Made by a program: the position numbers and the translations under genes. 29,813 nucleotides of DNA from a virus (taxonomy: Duplodnaviria > Caudoviricetes). Position 1 is the stretch's first letter; each line of letters opens with the position of its first letter. Under the pieces are notes generated by a model, which was not told where the DNA came from, did no database searches, and worked only from the letters and a program-made list of their open reading frames with translations. The stretch spans positions 1-29,813 of IMG/VR virus record IMGVR_UViG_3300047121_000505. One strand, written 5' to 3'. Below are positions 8,950 to 18,015 of the stretch, piece by piece.

Positions 8950-9933
8950 ATGACAACTGAAGCAATCGCAGAAAAGCCAACCGTACCCGTAGACGCAGTA
9001 CAAGAATTAGCGGATAAAGCACCCCAAGCAGCAAGTCTTGGTGGCACTGTATCTGAAGAAGAAGCAAAAAAAGCAGCATCCCCCCCACAGCCAGGTCAAG
9101 TACAAGTAAACGTTGATTTCCTACGTACTACAAAATGCCACATTGCAATGCCATGTTATGGTGGTATGTTAACTGAATCAACTTTTATGAGTTTTATTAA
9201 GTTTGCAAATACCGCACGTCAACTTGGTATTGATTGGACACTTGAAACTATGGTCAACGAATCATTGATTTCACGTGCACGTAATACATTGACTGCAAAG
9301 TTTATGCATCAAAAAGATTCAACACACTTGTTTTTCGTTGATGCTGATATTGGTTGGGAACCATGGCACTTACTAGTCCTACTTAACCGTGACAAAGATG
9401 TTATTGGTGGACTATACCCAATGAAAACCATGCCTATTAAATGGGTCGTTAATGGTTTTGAAGGTGCGGAAGAAGGTCCTGATGGGCTACAAGAAGTATC
9501 AAAAGCAGGTACAGGTTTCCTATTGACTAAACGTCATGTGTTTGAAAAAATGAAAGCACATCCTGCAGTAAAACCATATAAGAATGATATTGGTTTAGAT
9601 CCTGTATATGATCAGTATCTTGCAACATACTTTGATACAGCCGTTCGTCAAAATCGTTACTATAGTGAAGATTGGACTATGTGCGAAAATTGGCGTGATC
9701 TTGGTGGTAAGATTTGGGTTGACAAACGTGTATTATTGCGTCATAGTGGTAGTTATGTTTTCTGTATGGAAAACCAAGAACATCTATTGAACAATATTGG
9801 TCCACAATTTGTACAATGGTGTGAAACCCAAGGTAAAGTAACAGTTATTGATAGTGCAGTAAAAACTGCTCCATTTAAACCTGTTGCACCCACTGAGACT
9901 AAAACGGAACAAACTGAAACTAAATCAGAGTAA
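8950..9933 (+). CDS. GT-A-fold glycosyltransferase-like protein
   Basis: IAMPCYGG, ESLISRARN, FVDAD (DxD), GTGF, SEDW motifs; start moved to ATG 8950 (GAGGA SD). Confidence 0.75.
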   Translation: MTTEAIAEKPTVPVDAVQELADKAPQAASLGGTVSEEEAKKAASPPQPGQVQVNVDFLRTTKCHIAMPCYGGMLTESTFMSFIKFANTARQLGIDWTLETMVNESLISRARNTLTAKFMHQKDSTHLFFVDADIGWEPWHLLVLLNRDKDVIGGLYPMKTMPIKWVVNGFEGAEEGPDGLQEVSKAGTGFLLTKRHVFEKMKAHPAVKPYKNDIGLDPVYDQYLATYFDTAVRQNRYYSEDWTMCENWRDLGGKIWVDKRVLLRHSGSYVFCMENQEHLLNNIGPQFVQWCETQGKVTVIDSAVKTAPFKPVAPTETKTEQTETKSE

Positions 9934-10574
9934 TGGAGGAATTAGCCACTTTTAGTACACCTGTTTGGGTTGGATCATTAAAGCTAGATGAAAACGATAG
10001 ACAAAAATGGATTCAACAGTGTTACGAGAAAAGGGAAGAAACGCCTGGGAGACAATTAAGTAACCATGGTGGTTGGCAAAGTGGCGCATTTTTTTATAAT
10101 CACGAATATGGAGTCCAATGGACTCCATTAATGGATCAACTGTTAACACAACTTATTAATATTGATGTTTTTCAACCATTAAAAGATAGATTAACACATT
10201 ATCAAGGTTGGATTAATATAAACCAATATGGAAATTACAATGGTATGCACGTCCATAGTTGTAGTTTTATATCATTAGTTTATTATTTACAAACTGATCC
10301 ACATGCAGGAAACATTGTTTTCCATCACCCATTTAAAATGCAAATGTATTATAATTATGATAATACTCCATTTTATGGCAAATATCCACTAGATATAGAA
10401 ATTACACCTGAAGATGGTATGATACTTATTTTTCCATCTTATTTGCCACACTCAGTAAATCATAGTAGAAGTAATAATGATAGAATTTCGTTAGCTTTTG
10501 ACTTATCTTTAAAACCTGTATATGAAGAACCAATTTCATATAAAACCTTAAGAGAGATGAACGTAATCCTTTGA
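9933..10574 (+). CDS. 2OG-Fe(II) oxygenase (TIGR02466-like)
   Basis: SNxGGWQS, HVH, YYL, FPSYLPHSV, RISLAF. Confidence 0.85.
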   Translation: MEELATFSTPVWVGSLKLDENDRQKWIQQCYEKREETPGRQLSNHGGWQSGAFFYNHEYGVQWTPLMDQLLTQLINIDVFQPLKDRLTHYQGWININQYGNYNGMHVHSCSFISLVYYLQTDPHAGNIVFHHPFKMQMYYNYDNTPFYGKYPLDIEITPEDGMILIFPSYLPHSVNHSRSNNDRISLAFDLSLKPVYEEPISYKTLREMNVIL

Positions 10575-10575
10575 C

Positions 10576-10581
10576 TAAATA
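10576..10581 (+). promoter_or_regulatory. Putative late promoter (TAAATA)
   Basis: Intergenic, 21 nt before ATG 10603. Confidence 0.55.
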
Positions 10582-10602
10582 TTATTATAGATTAATATAA
10601 TA

Positions 10603-11706
10603 ATGAACTTACAAGAATTAGAAGATTTTAAACTAACAAACGCAATACAGTTTCATGATGTATTAAATCCTGTACTATTCAGGGATGAACATATGATTCC
10701 TGCTGTGCGTGATCGTTTGTTAGAAATAGCTGATGATTTTATGGAACACTTAGGTGTCAATAATGTTGATGTAAAGGATATTACACTAAGTGGTAGCAAT
10801 GCTTCATATACATATACTCCACATAGCGATATAGATTTACACATTTTAGTTGATATTAAAAAATTAGATCATGATGAAATCTATGCTGAACTATTTCATG
10901 TTAAGAAAATTATATGGAATTTACAGCATGACATTACCATTGGTGGGTATGAAGTAGAATTATATGTACAAGATTCTGCCCAACCTGTTGTTAGTCGTGG
11001 TGAATATAGTGTATTGAATGATCGTTGGATAAAATTTCCTACTAAACGTGTGGCTGATATCAATGAACCTGCTAGTAAATCAAAGTTTGAAAAACTAGTA
11101 CAAGTTGCTGAGCTTGCATTAAAAGCAAGAGATATGGACAAGATTGAAGCAGTACTTGATACCATTCGTAAGTATCGTAAGGCAGGATTAGAATCACAAG
11201 GTGAGTTTTCACCTGAGAATATAGCATTTAAAGCATTGCGTACAAGTGGTTTATTGCATCGTTTACGTGATGCATATAATGAGATACATAGTCAAACAAT
11301 GAGTATGGCAGAAAAAGGACCAAAAATTCTTGACAAACCTACACTATCAATTAGCGATTTAGCTAAAAAGCATGGTGTTAGTCGTGAACATATTATTGGG
11401 CAACTTAAAAAAGGCATAAAAGTAGAATTAGAACATACAAGTATACGTGATGTTGCTACAGAAATTGCATTAGATCATTTAAGTGAAGATCCTAATTATT
11501 ATACCAAATTAGTAAAAGCTAATTTAGAAGAAGGTGCATCAGGGTATATCCCTAGTGAAGCAGAAAAAGATGACCCACGTTTTAAAACAGCATTAACGGT
11601 TGATATTAAACCTGATAGTATTAGACAAAATGCTATAAAATTAGGTTTAGGTAAGATTAAACGTAGTGGTATACCACCCATAGCAAAGCCATCAGGTAAG
11701 TTCTAA
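10603..11706 (+). CDS. Pol-beta-superfamily nucleotidyltransferase fused to a DUF5661-like domain
   Basis: GS...SDIDLH...ELY catalytic pattern; C-terminal VELEHT...IALDHL.EDPNYYTKL segment. Confidence 0.7.
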   Translation: MNLQELEDFKLTNAIQFHDVLNPVLFRDEHMIPAVRDRLLEIADDFMEHLGVNNVDVKDITLSGSNASYTYTPHSDIDLHILVDIKKLDHDEIYAELFHVKKIIWNLQHDITIGGYEVELYVQDSAQPVVSRGEYSVLNDRWIKFPTKRVADINEPASKSKFEKLVQVAELALKARDMDKIEAVLDTIRKYRKAGLESQGEFSPENIAFKALRTSGLLHRLRDAYNEIHSQTMSMAEKGPKILDKPTLSISDLAKKHGVSREHIIGQLKKGIKVELEHTSIRDVATEIALDHLSEDPNYYTKLVKANLEEGASGYIPSEAEKDDPRFKTALTVDIKPDSIRQNAIKLGLGKIKRSGIPPIAKPSGKF

Positions 11707-11722
11707 ATTAATTCATAGCGAA

Positions 11723-11728
11723 TAAATA
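11723..11728 (+). promoter_or_regulatory. Putative late promoter (TAAATA)
   Basis: AATAAATAC intergenic, 22 nt before ATG 11751. Confidence 0.6.
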
Positions 11729-11750
11729 CTAGATATTATGGAATTCCATC

Positions 11751-14477
11751 ATGTCAGATATTCGCAAAACCTTAGATAAACTTAATGAAATGACAGCAGG
11801 TTCAGTTGCTACTGTTGCCACACCATTATTCAAAGAAACAGTAAAACGTGAAAAAACGGATGAGACTGCAGATAGTGGTAAAAAATACATGAATAGTGTA
11901 GAGCGTGGTGCTTCAGAGTGGGGCAATTGGGCAGGTAGCAAAAAGAAAAAGACTGTGGCAGAAGCTACTACTCCAACAACGGATGATGATAAGTTTAAAA
12001 CAATGCTTAAAAAGGTTACGAGTAAGAAAGAAGTAAAAAAACAACAAAAAGCAGATACTAAACAACAAGCAAGCGATGCATTTGCTAGTATGTTTGGTGG
12101 AGGTAATCCTGCGGGTACACTTGGTATTAGGAAAGAAGGTGTGGCGGAAGGCTCGGCGGGAAATTGGTATGTAAGAGTCAGAGGCAAGGTTCTTAAAGAC
12201 AAACAATTTAATGCTATCCCATTTTCGTCAGAAGAAGCAGCAAGAACAAAGGCAATGGAAATTTACCGTAAAAAACGCATTCCGTTAGAGATGATTAAAA
12301 TAACGCAGAGTTGGATGGATGGTCCAGAGACGCAAGGTGTGGCGGAAGGCGCAGAGTTTGGTGCTTACTATAGTGAAAAAGTAGCAAAAGAGATATTTAA
12401 CAAGCGACAAGACATTACATCCGAAGATGAAATATTAAATCAAGCATATCATATTGTTTCTAACGAACAAGGTCAAAAAACTGCTCGTTATATGTTTAAC
12501 TATGATGAAGATTTTCCTAGTGATGTTGTTTCAAATTATTTTTATTTGCAAAAACAAGGTGTGGCGGAAGGCTTAGATGAAAGTTGGAAAATATCAACAC
12601 CTATTGATAAAGAACGTTATACAGACATGTCAGACCAAGGTTTAGAGGGTCCATTCCGTTTAAAATCAGGTAAGATTGTTTATTACGATCCTAAAGAAGG
12701 TAAGTATTATGATCGTGATACCGATATGTATATGGATTATGATGAATATCAATCCCATACTAATGAAGAAGCATTGATGGAACTTGGTTATGAAGGTAAT
12801 ATCGGTGCAATGGAAATGGTTAAGTTCTTTAAAATGGCGGACCCACGTCAAAAAGAAATCCTTAATCAATTAATTAAAGAAAAAGAATTCCAACGTGCAT
12901 GGGCATTAATCCAAGGTGTAACAGGTGATAAACTAGTTGGTAAAGAATTTAGCGAAGGTGAAATTGCTGAACAATTAAGTGAGGATTTACGTGCATGGTT
13001 TGGTAAAGGTGGTGAAGGTGGTGCAGGTGGCGGTGGATGGGATCGTTATAATACTAAAGGTGAGCGTATTGGTAAATGTGGAGAACGTAAAGCAGGTGAA
13101 GGTAAACCAAAATGCTTAAGTAAAGAAAAAGCAGCATCATTACGTTCAAGTGGTGGTAAGAAAGCTATTGCAGCAGCAGTACGCAAAAAACGCCGTGAAG
13201 ATCCAAACCCACAACGTCAAGGTGCAGCAGACATGGTGAGCAACAAGACTAAGAATGAAAGTCTTGAGTATTATGTCAAAGAAGGTATTTGCCCACAATG
13301 TAATGGTGAAATGGTCAGTGAAGCATTATTCACTGAAGGTAAAAAAGATGCATGCTACCATAAGGTAAAAAGTCGTTACAAAATTTGGCCCAGCGCCTAC
13401 GGTTCTGGTGCTTTGGTTAAATGTCGCAAAGCAGGTGCAAAAAATTGGGGTAATAAATCTAAGAACGAAAGTATCAACGAAGGTCGTACAGATGATTTAG
13501 AACGTGCATTAATGCAAGCTAGAAAAATTACTAAAGGAATTTCATACGATACTACCGTTAATGAAATTATGGTAGCCATTGAAGAACTAGTAAAATCTTA
13601 TAACTTAGACATGGATGATTTTAATTATCATAATAGTCGTGTGTATGAAGCCAAGCATGAATTAGAAAGTGCAATTTATGGATTAGATGAAATCTTTGAA
13701 GATGCGCTACGTGATGCACAATATTCTGATGAAGAAAGTATCAATGAAGCTGATCCTGCACGTAGAGGATTTTTAGGTAGTTTAGGTAAAGCTGCAGCAG
13801 CAGGAGCAGCAATGGCAGCAGGTGGTAAAGCATTGGGACAAGAAAAACGATCAGTAAACATTAGCGTAGAGGAAGCTGACAATCAAATAAAAGCACTTCG
13901 TAATCAAGCATATCAAGATTTAGCAAGTATGTTGTGGAGTGTTTGGCCCTACATACTTGATAAAAAGTTTGGTAATCTCACACCTGAAGATGATATACCA
14001 AATGCGGAAGAAATAGGTAAAATTATTAGCAATCGTATAGGTAGAAAACTTGAAGAATATGCAAAGGAATATAGAAAAAAAGTTCACATGATTAAAGTAA
14101 ACGCAGGTATAACTGATCCTAATACTTTATACAAAACATCAGCTATGCTAGAAAGCTTAACTGAAGAAGATTTAAGTGAACAAGACCTCATAGTGATGCC
14201 TGGAAAGATGCGTATGCGTGGTGATGTAGTTAAAGCTAAGCATATGGAACCTGACCATGAAGTATCAATGGCAGTTAATAGTTTATTATCTACCGTAAAA
14301 AGTTCAATGTCACTTGCTAAGATAATTAAAGGTAGGAGTGAAGGACAAGGCTTGCCAGGATGGGTCTCAGACCATATCACACGTGCTGATGAATTAATTA
14401 AAGATGTAGCAGAGTATATGGAAGGTCACGAAGCACAAAAAAATATGCTAGAAGGTAAAAAGAATGTTAAAAGATAA
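11751..14477 (+). CDS. Modular polyprotein, probable internal head protein
   Basis: 908 aa of unrelated short modules separated by [LIV]xE motifs (KLNE, TVAE, 3x GVAE, LFTE, 2x SINE, MLE). Confidence 0.75.
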   Translation: MSDIRKTLDKLNEMTAGSVATVATPLFKETVKREKTDETADSGKKYMNSVERGASEWGNWAGSKKKKTVAEATTPTTDDDKFKTMLKKVTSKKEVKKQQKADTKQQASDAFASMFGGGNPAGTLGIRKEGVAEGSAGNWYVRVRGKVLKDKQFNAIPFSSEEAARTKAMEIYRKKRIPLEMIKITQSWMDGPETQGVAEGAEFGAYYSEKVAKEIFNKRQDITSEDEILNQAYHIVSNEQGQKTARYMFNYDEDFPSDVVSNYFYLQKQGVAEGLDESWKISTPIDKERYTDMSDQGLEGPFRLKSGKIVYYDPKEGKYYDRDTDMYMDYDEYQSHTNEEALMELGYEGNIGAMEMVKFFKMADPRQKEILNQLIKEKEFQRAWALIQGVTGDKLVGKEFSEGEIAEQLSEDLRAWFGKGGEGGAGGGGWDRYNTKGERIGKCGERKAGEGKPKCLSKEKAASLRSSGGKKAIAAAVRKKRREDPNPQRQGAADMVSNKTKNESLEYYVKEGICPQCNGEMVSEALFTEGKKDACYHKVKSRYKIWPSAYGSGALVKCRKAGAKNWGNKSKNESINEGRTDDLERALMQARKITKGISYDTTVNEIMVAIEELVKSYNLDMDDFNYHNSRVYEAKHELESAIYGLDEIFEDALRDAQYSDEESINEADPARRGFLGSLGKAAAAGAAMAAGGKALGQEKRSVNISVEEADNQIKALRNQAYQDLASMLWSVWPYILDKKFGNLTPEDDIPNAEEIGKIISNRIGRKLEEYAKEYRKKVHMIKVNAGITDPNTLYKTSAMLESLTEEDLSEQDLIVMPGKMRMRGDVVKAKHMEPDHEVSMAVNSLLSTVKSSMSLAKIIKGRSEGQGLPGWVSDHITRADELIKDVAEYMEGHEAQKNMLEGKKNVKR
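12136..12572 (+). repeat. Three identical 17-bp direct repeats AAGGTGTGGCGGAAGGC
   Basis: Copies at 12136-12152, 12334-12350, 12556-12572; periods 198 and 222 nt, in frame, encoding GVAEG. Confidence 0.95.
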
Positions 14478-14904
14478 GTTAAAGCAAGTGTTGGGAACAT
14501 CATTTGCTTTTTATATTAAAGCAGCAGGGTTCCATTGGAATATAGAAGGACCTAACTTTCCACAATATCATGCATTTTTAGGTGACTTGTATAATGAAGT
14601 ATATGATAGTATCGATAAATTAGCTGAAATAATTCGTCAGTTAGACTCATATGCACCTGGCTCGATGACAAGGTATCAAGAGTTAAGTATTATTGATGAG
14701 CAACAACAAATCCCACGTGCTGAGTTAATGATGGCAGAATTGTACGAAGATAATCAAAAGATTATTGTATTATTAAAAGAAACGTTTCATCAATGTGAAG
14801 CAGAAGATGAGCAAGGTATTGCTGATTTTATAGCAGGACGTATCGATAGTCACGCAAAACATTCATGGATGCTTCGTAGCATATTGAAAAAAGACCGTGG
14901 ATGA
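14464..14904 (+). CDS. dps: Dps ferritin-like DNA protection protein
   Basis: HWNIEG.NF...H, D.LAE ferroxidase residues, K.SWML. Confidence 0.92.
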   Translation: MLKDKLKQVLGTSFAFYIKAAGFHWNIEGPNFPQYHAFLGDLYNEVYDSIDKLAEIIRQLDSYAPGSMTRYQELSIIDEQQQIPRAELMMAELYEDNQKIIVLLKETFHQCEAEDEQGIADFIAGRIDSHAKHSWMLRSILKKDRG

Positions 14905-17105
14905 AAATCAGTCAGTTATTAGAATACCAAAAAGCTAGAGAGACAAAAGCATTTCGTAGTTGGTTTGGTAATAGTAAAGTGGTTGACAGTAATGGCAATC
15001 CACTTGTTGTATATCGTGGTACACGTAAGCGACCTGCTGCCACAGAATTTAAATTAACACAAGGTCGTGCAGTACCATCATTTACAAATGATCCTGCAGC
15101 AGCTAGTGTATATGCTAGGCAATTAGATACAAGACAATATGGTAGTGGTTCTACTGTAATCGCAGCGTATTTACGTATTGTAAAACCATTAGACCTTACC
15201 CGTTATAATGAAACAATATCATTAATTGATTTTATCAATATGGTGCCTAGCGATTTAAATGTACCTGATGGTGGACGTAAAAAACTAGGTTGGAGAGATG
15301 TGTCCTATATGATATATGATTTAGATGAAATCATATACAAAACAGGCGCAAGATTTTCAATCAATGCTTATGACGATGATGGGTTTAGAATAAAAGGATT
15401 TCGTGACCTTTCAGATCAAATTGACATATGGGGTGAAGCAGACGATATTAGTTCTATTGAGGATGCACTAGACAATACGGTTATAGATACATATACTATT
15501 GCAGATAGTGAAGATATTGTAAGTTACCTACAAGGTATGGGATATGATGGTGTCATTTTAAAAGATGTTTTTGAAGCAGGTGCTAAACATTATGAACCAC
15601 GTGATAGAGAATTAGAACTTGGTGCTGAAGGTACACCAATTATTTTAACTTATCGCCCATTTGAACAGTATCAAATCAAGTCTATATATAATGTAGGTAC
15701 ATTTGGTAAATATGAACCTGACATTACTAAAGAAGATAGTAATGATAGAGAAAATAATTTTAATAAGTGGTTTGGTAATAGTAAGGTGGTTGATGCAAAA
15801 GGCGATCCATTAGTGGTGTATCATGGGACGCTGAGAAACTTTGCAGCGTTTGACAAGTCTGCGCCAAAAGGCAGCAGTGTGCCAAATGCAACTGATTATC
15901 TAGGCATCTTTTTCTCAACGTCAGCCTCGGATGCTGGCGGGTATGCTCAACAAGAAGGTGCCAACATCATTCCCGTTTTCTTATCTATTAAAAATCCGAT
16001 GCCTATATCTGTGGACAAATGGGTGTCAATGTCAAATTCTAGCAAGGGATACGTCCAAGTACGCAATCTTCTTAAAAAGGCTACGGAAAACGGTAATGAT
16101 GGCTTCGTTGTCAAAGGCAGAACTAAAACGTGGTACATAGCCTTACGCCCTGAGCAAATCAAATCCGTTTACAACGATGGTACATTTGACCCAACCAATC
16201 CTAGTATTAACAAAGAGTCAATGAATTTTTTAAAAGAATTAGTAGAAGGTCGTGAAGAAAACTTACGAGCATGGTTTGGTAATAGTAAAGTAGTTGATAC
16301 AAATGGTTTACCAATGATTGTATATCATGGTACTGCTAACGATTTTACAACATTTAAAAATTTATATCGTGATTTTGGTATACATTTTGGTAATCGTGAA
16401 GCGGCGAACGAATTTGCAACGAATAAACGTGCAGTTTCTGTTAGTGGAGCACGTGTAATTCCTGTATATTTAAAGATTACTAAACCTTTTACTATGCCTG
16501 ATATATTTGGTCCTGATGAGGATCATTTACGTCAAGTTATGAACTTTTTCTTAAAGCAAAAGATTATTAATCAAAAAGAATGGAATGAACTTGAAGCAAT
16601 TCGACGAGATCGTGATATGGATTGGAATGATTGTAAAGCAACAATCTATGCTGAACTAGCACGTTCATTGTTTGATGCAGGATATGATGGTATACAATAT
16701 AGAAATACCAATGAAGGTAAACGAACATTGCGACCTGATGAACGTATTAATTTTGTCATCAAAAAAGAAGGATTTAAGTACGTAGCATATTTGCCTGATA
16801 ATATTATGCCTACTGCACCTTTAGGTGATGGAAATACTCCTGAAGAAGCTGAAAAAGAGGCTTATGAATACTTGCAACAGCAAGCATCGTATATTGATAT
16901 GTCTTATATAATATTCAATTCATCCCAAGTTAAGAGTGCGTTTGGTACAGAATATGACCCTAGTGATCCACGTTATACTAAAGAAGACAAGCAAAATCCA
17001 AAATATTTAAGTGGGACAGACAAAGTTACAAAGATTAGTCCTGTTTTAGGCGCAAAACCTAAAAAACAAAAAGAACTAATGAATAAGTTTTTCGGATCAT
17101 CATAA
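14901..17105 (+). CDS. Protein with three tandem ADP-ribosyltransferase-like (ART-PolyVal type) domains
   Basis: Three WFGNSKVVD..G.P..VY[RH]GT starts, each followed by [ST]/hydrophobic strand, YL, G[YN]DG and Q[IV]KS end. Confidence 0.65.
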   Translation: MKISQLLEYQKARETKAFRSWFGNSKVVDSNGNPLVVYRGTRKRPAATEFKLTQGRAVPSFTNDPAAASVYARQLDTRQYGSGSTVIAAYLRIVKPLDLTRYNETISLIDFINMVPSDLNVPDGGRKKLGWRDVSYMIYDLDEIIYKTGARFSINAYDDDGFRIKGFRDLSDQIDIWGEADDISSIEDALDNTVIDTYTIADSEDIVSYLQGMGYDGVILKDVFEAGAKHYEPRDRELELGAEGTPIILTYRPFEQYQIKSIYNVGTFGKYEPDITKEDSNDRENNFNKWFGNSKVVDAKGDPLVVYHGTLRNFAAFDKSAPKGSSVPNATDYLGIFFSTSASDAGGYAQQEGANIIPVFLSIKNPMPISVDKWVSMSNSSKGYVQVRNLLKKATENGNDGFVVKGRTKTWYIALRPEQIKSVYNDGTFDPTNPSINKESMNFLKELVEGREENLRAWFGNSKVVDTNGLPMIVYHGTANDFTTFKNLYRDFGIHFGNREAANEFATNKRAVSVSGARVIPVYLKITKPFTMPDIFGPDEDHLRQVMNFFLKQKIINQKEWNELEAIRRDRDMDWNDCKATIYAELARSLFDAGYDGIQYRNTNEGKRTLRPDERINFVIKKEGFKYVAYLPDNIMPTAPLGDGNTPEEAEKEAYEYLQQQASYIDMSYIIFNSSQVKSAFGTEYDPSDPRYTKEDKQNPKYLSGTDKVTKISPVLGAKPKKQKELMNKFFGSS
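14961..16297 (+). repeat. Three near-identical 26-bp repeats TGGTTTGGTAATAGTAARGTRGTTGA
   Basis: Copies at 14961-14986, 15768-15793, 16272-16297 mark domain starts. Confidence 0.85.
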
Positions 17106-17108
17106 ATA
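17103..17108 (+). promoter_or_regulatory. Putative late promoter (TAAATA)
   Basis: Overlaps the upstream stop codon; followed by AAGGA SD and ATG 17127. Confidence 0.6.
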
Positions 17109-17126
17109 TTATAAAGGAATATTACT

Positions 17127-17246
17127 ATGAGAACTTACAAATTTAATGTAAAGTGTGCAAGTGGCGAAATGAAAGAATTCACTTGTCAAGCTGCTTCTTA
17201 CAATGAAGCACGTGGTTTACTAGCGGATTTTGCCAAGAATAATTAA
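17127..17246 (+). CDS. Small hypothetical protein (39 aa, MRTYKFNVKCASGEMKEFTCQAASYNEARGLLADFAKNN)
   Basis: Not in ORF track; own promoter motif and SD, fills the gap. Confidence 0.7.
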   Translation: MRTYKFNVKCASGEMKEFTCQAASYNEARGLLADFAKNN

Positions 17247-17293
17247 TATAAATTTGCGTTAAATTAAATAATGATTAATTTAACGAGGTTATA

Positions 17294-17992
17294 TTGGTTC
17301 CAAAAATATATCTAGCAACTCCTGCTTATAATAGCCAATGCTGTATTCAATTTACTGATACGGTTATTCAACTACAAAAATTGCTACTAAGTAAAGATTG
17401 GCAATTTCAATATCAATTTATATCAGGTGAAACCATTATATCATTTGCTAGAAATTTACTAGCAACTGATTTTTTAAATACTGATAGTACCCATTTATTA
17501 TTTTTAGATGCAGACATGTCATGTAACCCTCATGACATTGTAAGGATGGTTGAAGAAAATGTAGACATTGTTGGTGGAGTATATCCTTTTAAAATGTTGC
17601 ATTGGGATTGGGTAGAACATGCCGTAAAAAATGGCGTTACTGCTAATGATTTAGCAACACATAGTACTAATTATGTTTTCACACCATTAGAAAACACTTC
17701 ACGGTTTCTTGATAATGAAGATCTTAAAGAAGTAGAATCAGTTGGTACAGGTTACATGTTAATAAAAAGGCGTGTATTTGAAACCATGAGACTACATGTT
17801 AAAACATATATTTCTGAACAATATGGAAATTATGGAAATCAATACTATTCTTTTTTTAATATTTTAGTTAAAAACAATATATCATATGGTGAAGACAACT
17901 TATTTTGTCATGATTGGCGTAATTTAGGCGGTAAAATTTTTGTTGCTCCATATGCAAAAGCTAAACACTATGGTATGCATAGTTTTGGATAA
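17294..17992 (+). CDS. GT-A-fold glycosyltransferase-like protein (paralog of 8950..9933)
   Basis: LATPAY, ETIISFARN, FLDAD, GTGY, GED; TTG start with GAGG SD. Confidence 0.75.
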   Translation: MVPKIYLATPAYNSQCCIQFTDTVIQLQKLLLSKDWQFQYQFISGETIISFARNLLATDFLNTDSTHLLFLDADMSCNPHDIVRMVEENVDIVGGVYPFKMLHWDWVEHAVKNGVTANDLATHSTNYVFTPLENTSRFLDNEDLKEVESVGTGYMLIKRRVFETMRLHVKTYISEQYGNYGNQYYSFFNILVKNNISYGEDNLFCHDWRNLGGKIFVAPYAKAKHYGMHSFG

Positions 17993-17995
17993 ATA
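17990..17995 (+). promoter_or_regulatory. Putative late promoter (TAAATA)
   Basis: Overlaps upstream stop; AAGGA SD and ATG 18016 follow. Confidence 0.6.
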
Positions 17996-18015
17996 CTGAA
18001 TAAAGGATTTGTGTT

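Noticed and set aside
9080-9086. C7 homopolymer as a phase-variation tract
   Set aside because: Encodes Ser-Pro-Pro in frame and lies within the C-rich halo of CCAGG 9091, which explains it.
12136-12572. 17-bp direct repeats as a CRISPR array
   Set aside because: Repeats too short, intervals about 180-205 nt, all in frame within a long ORF, and no cas genes.
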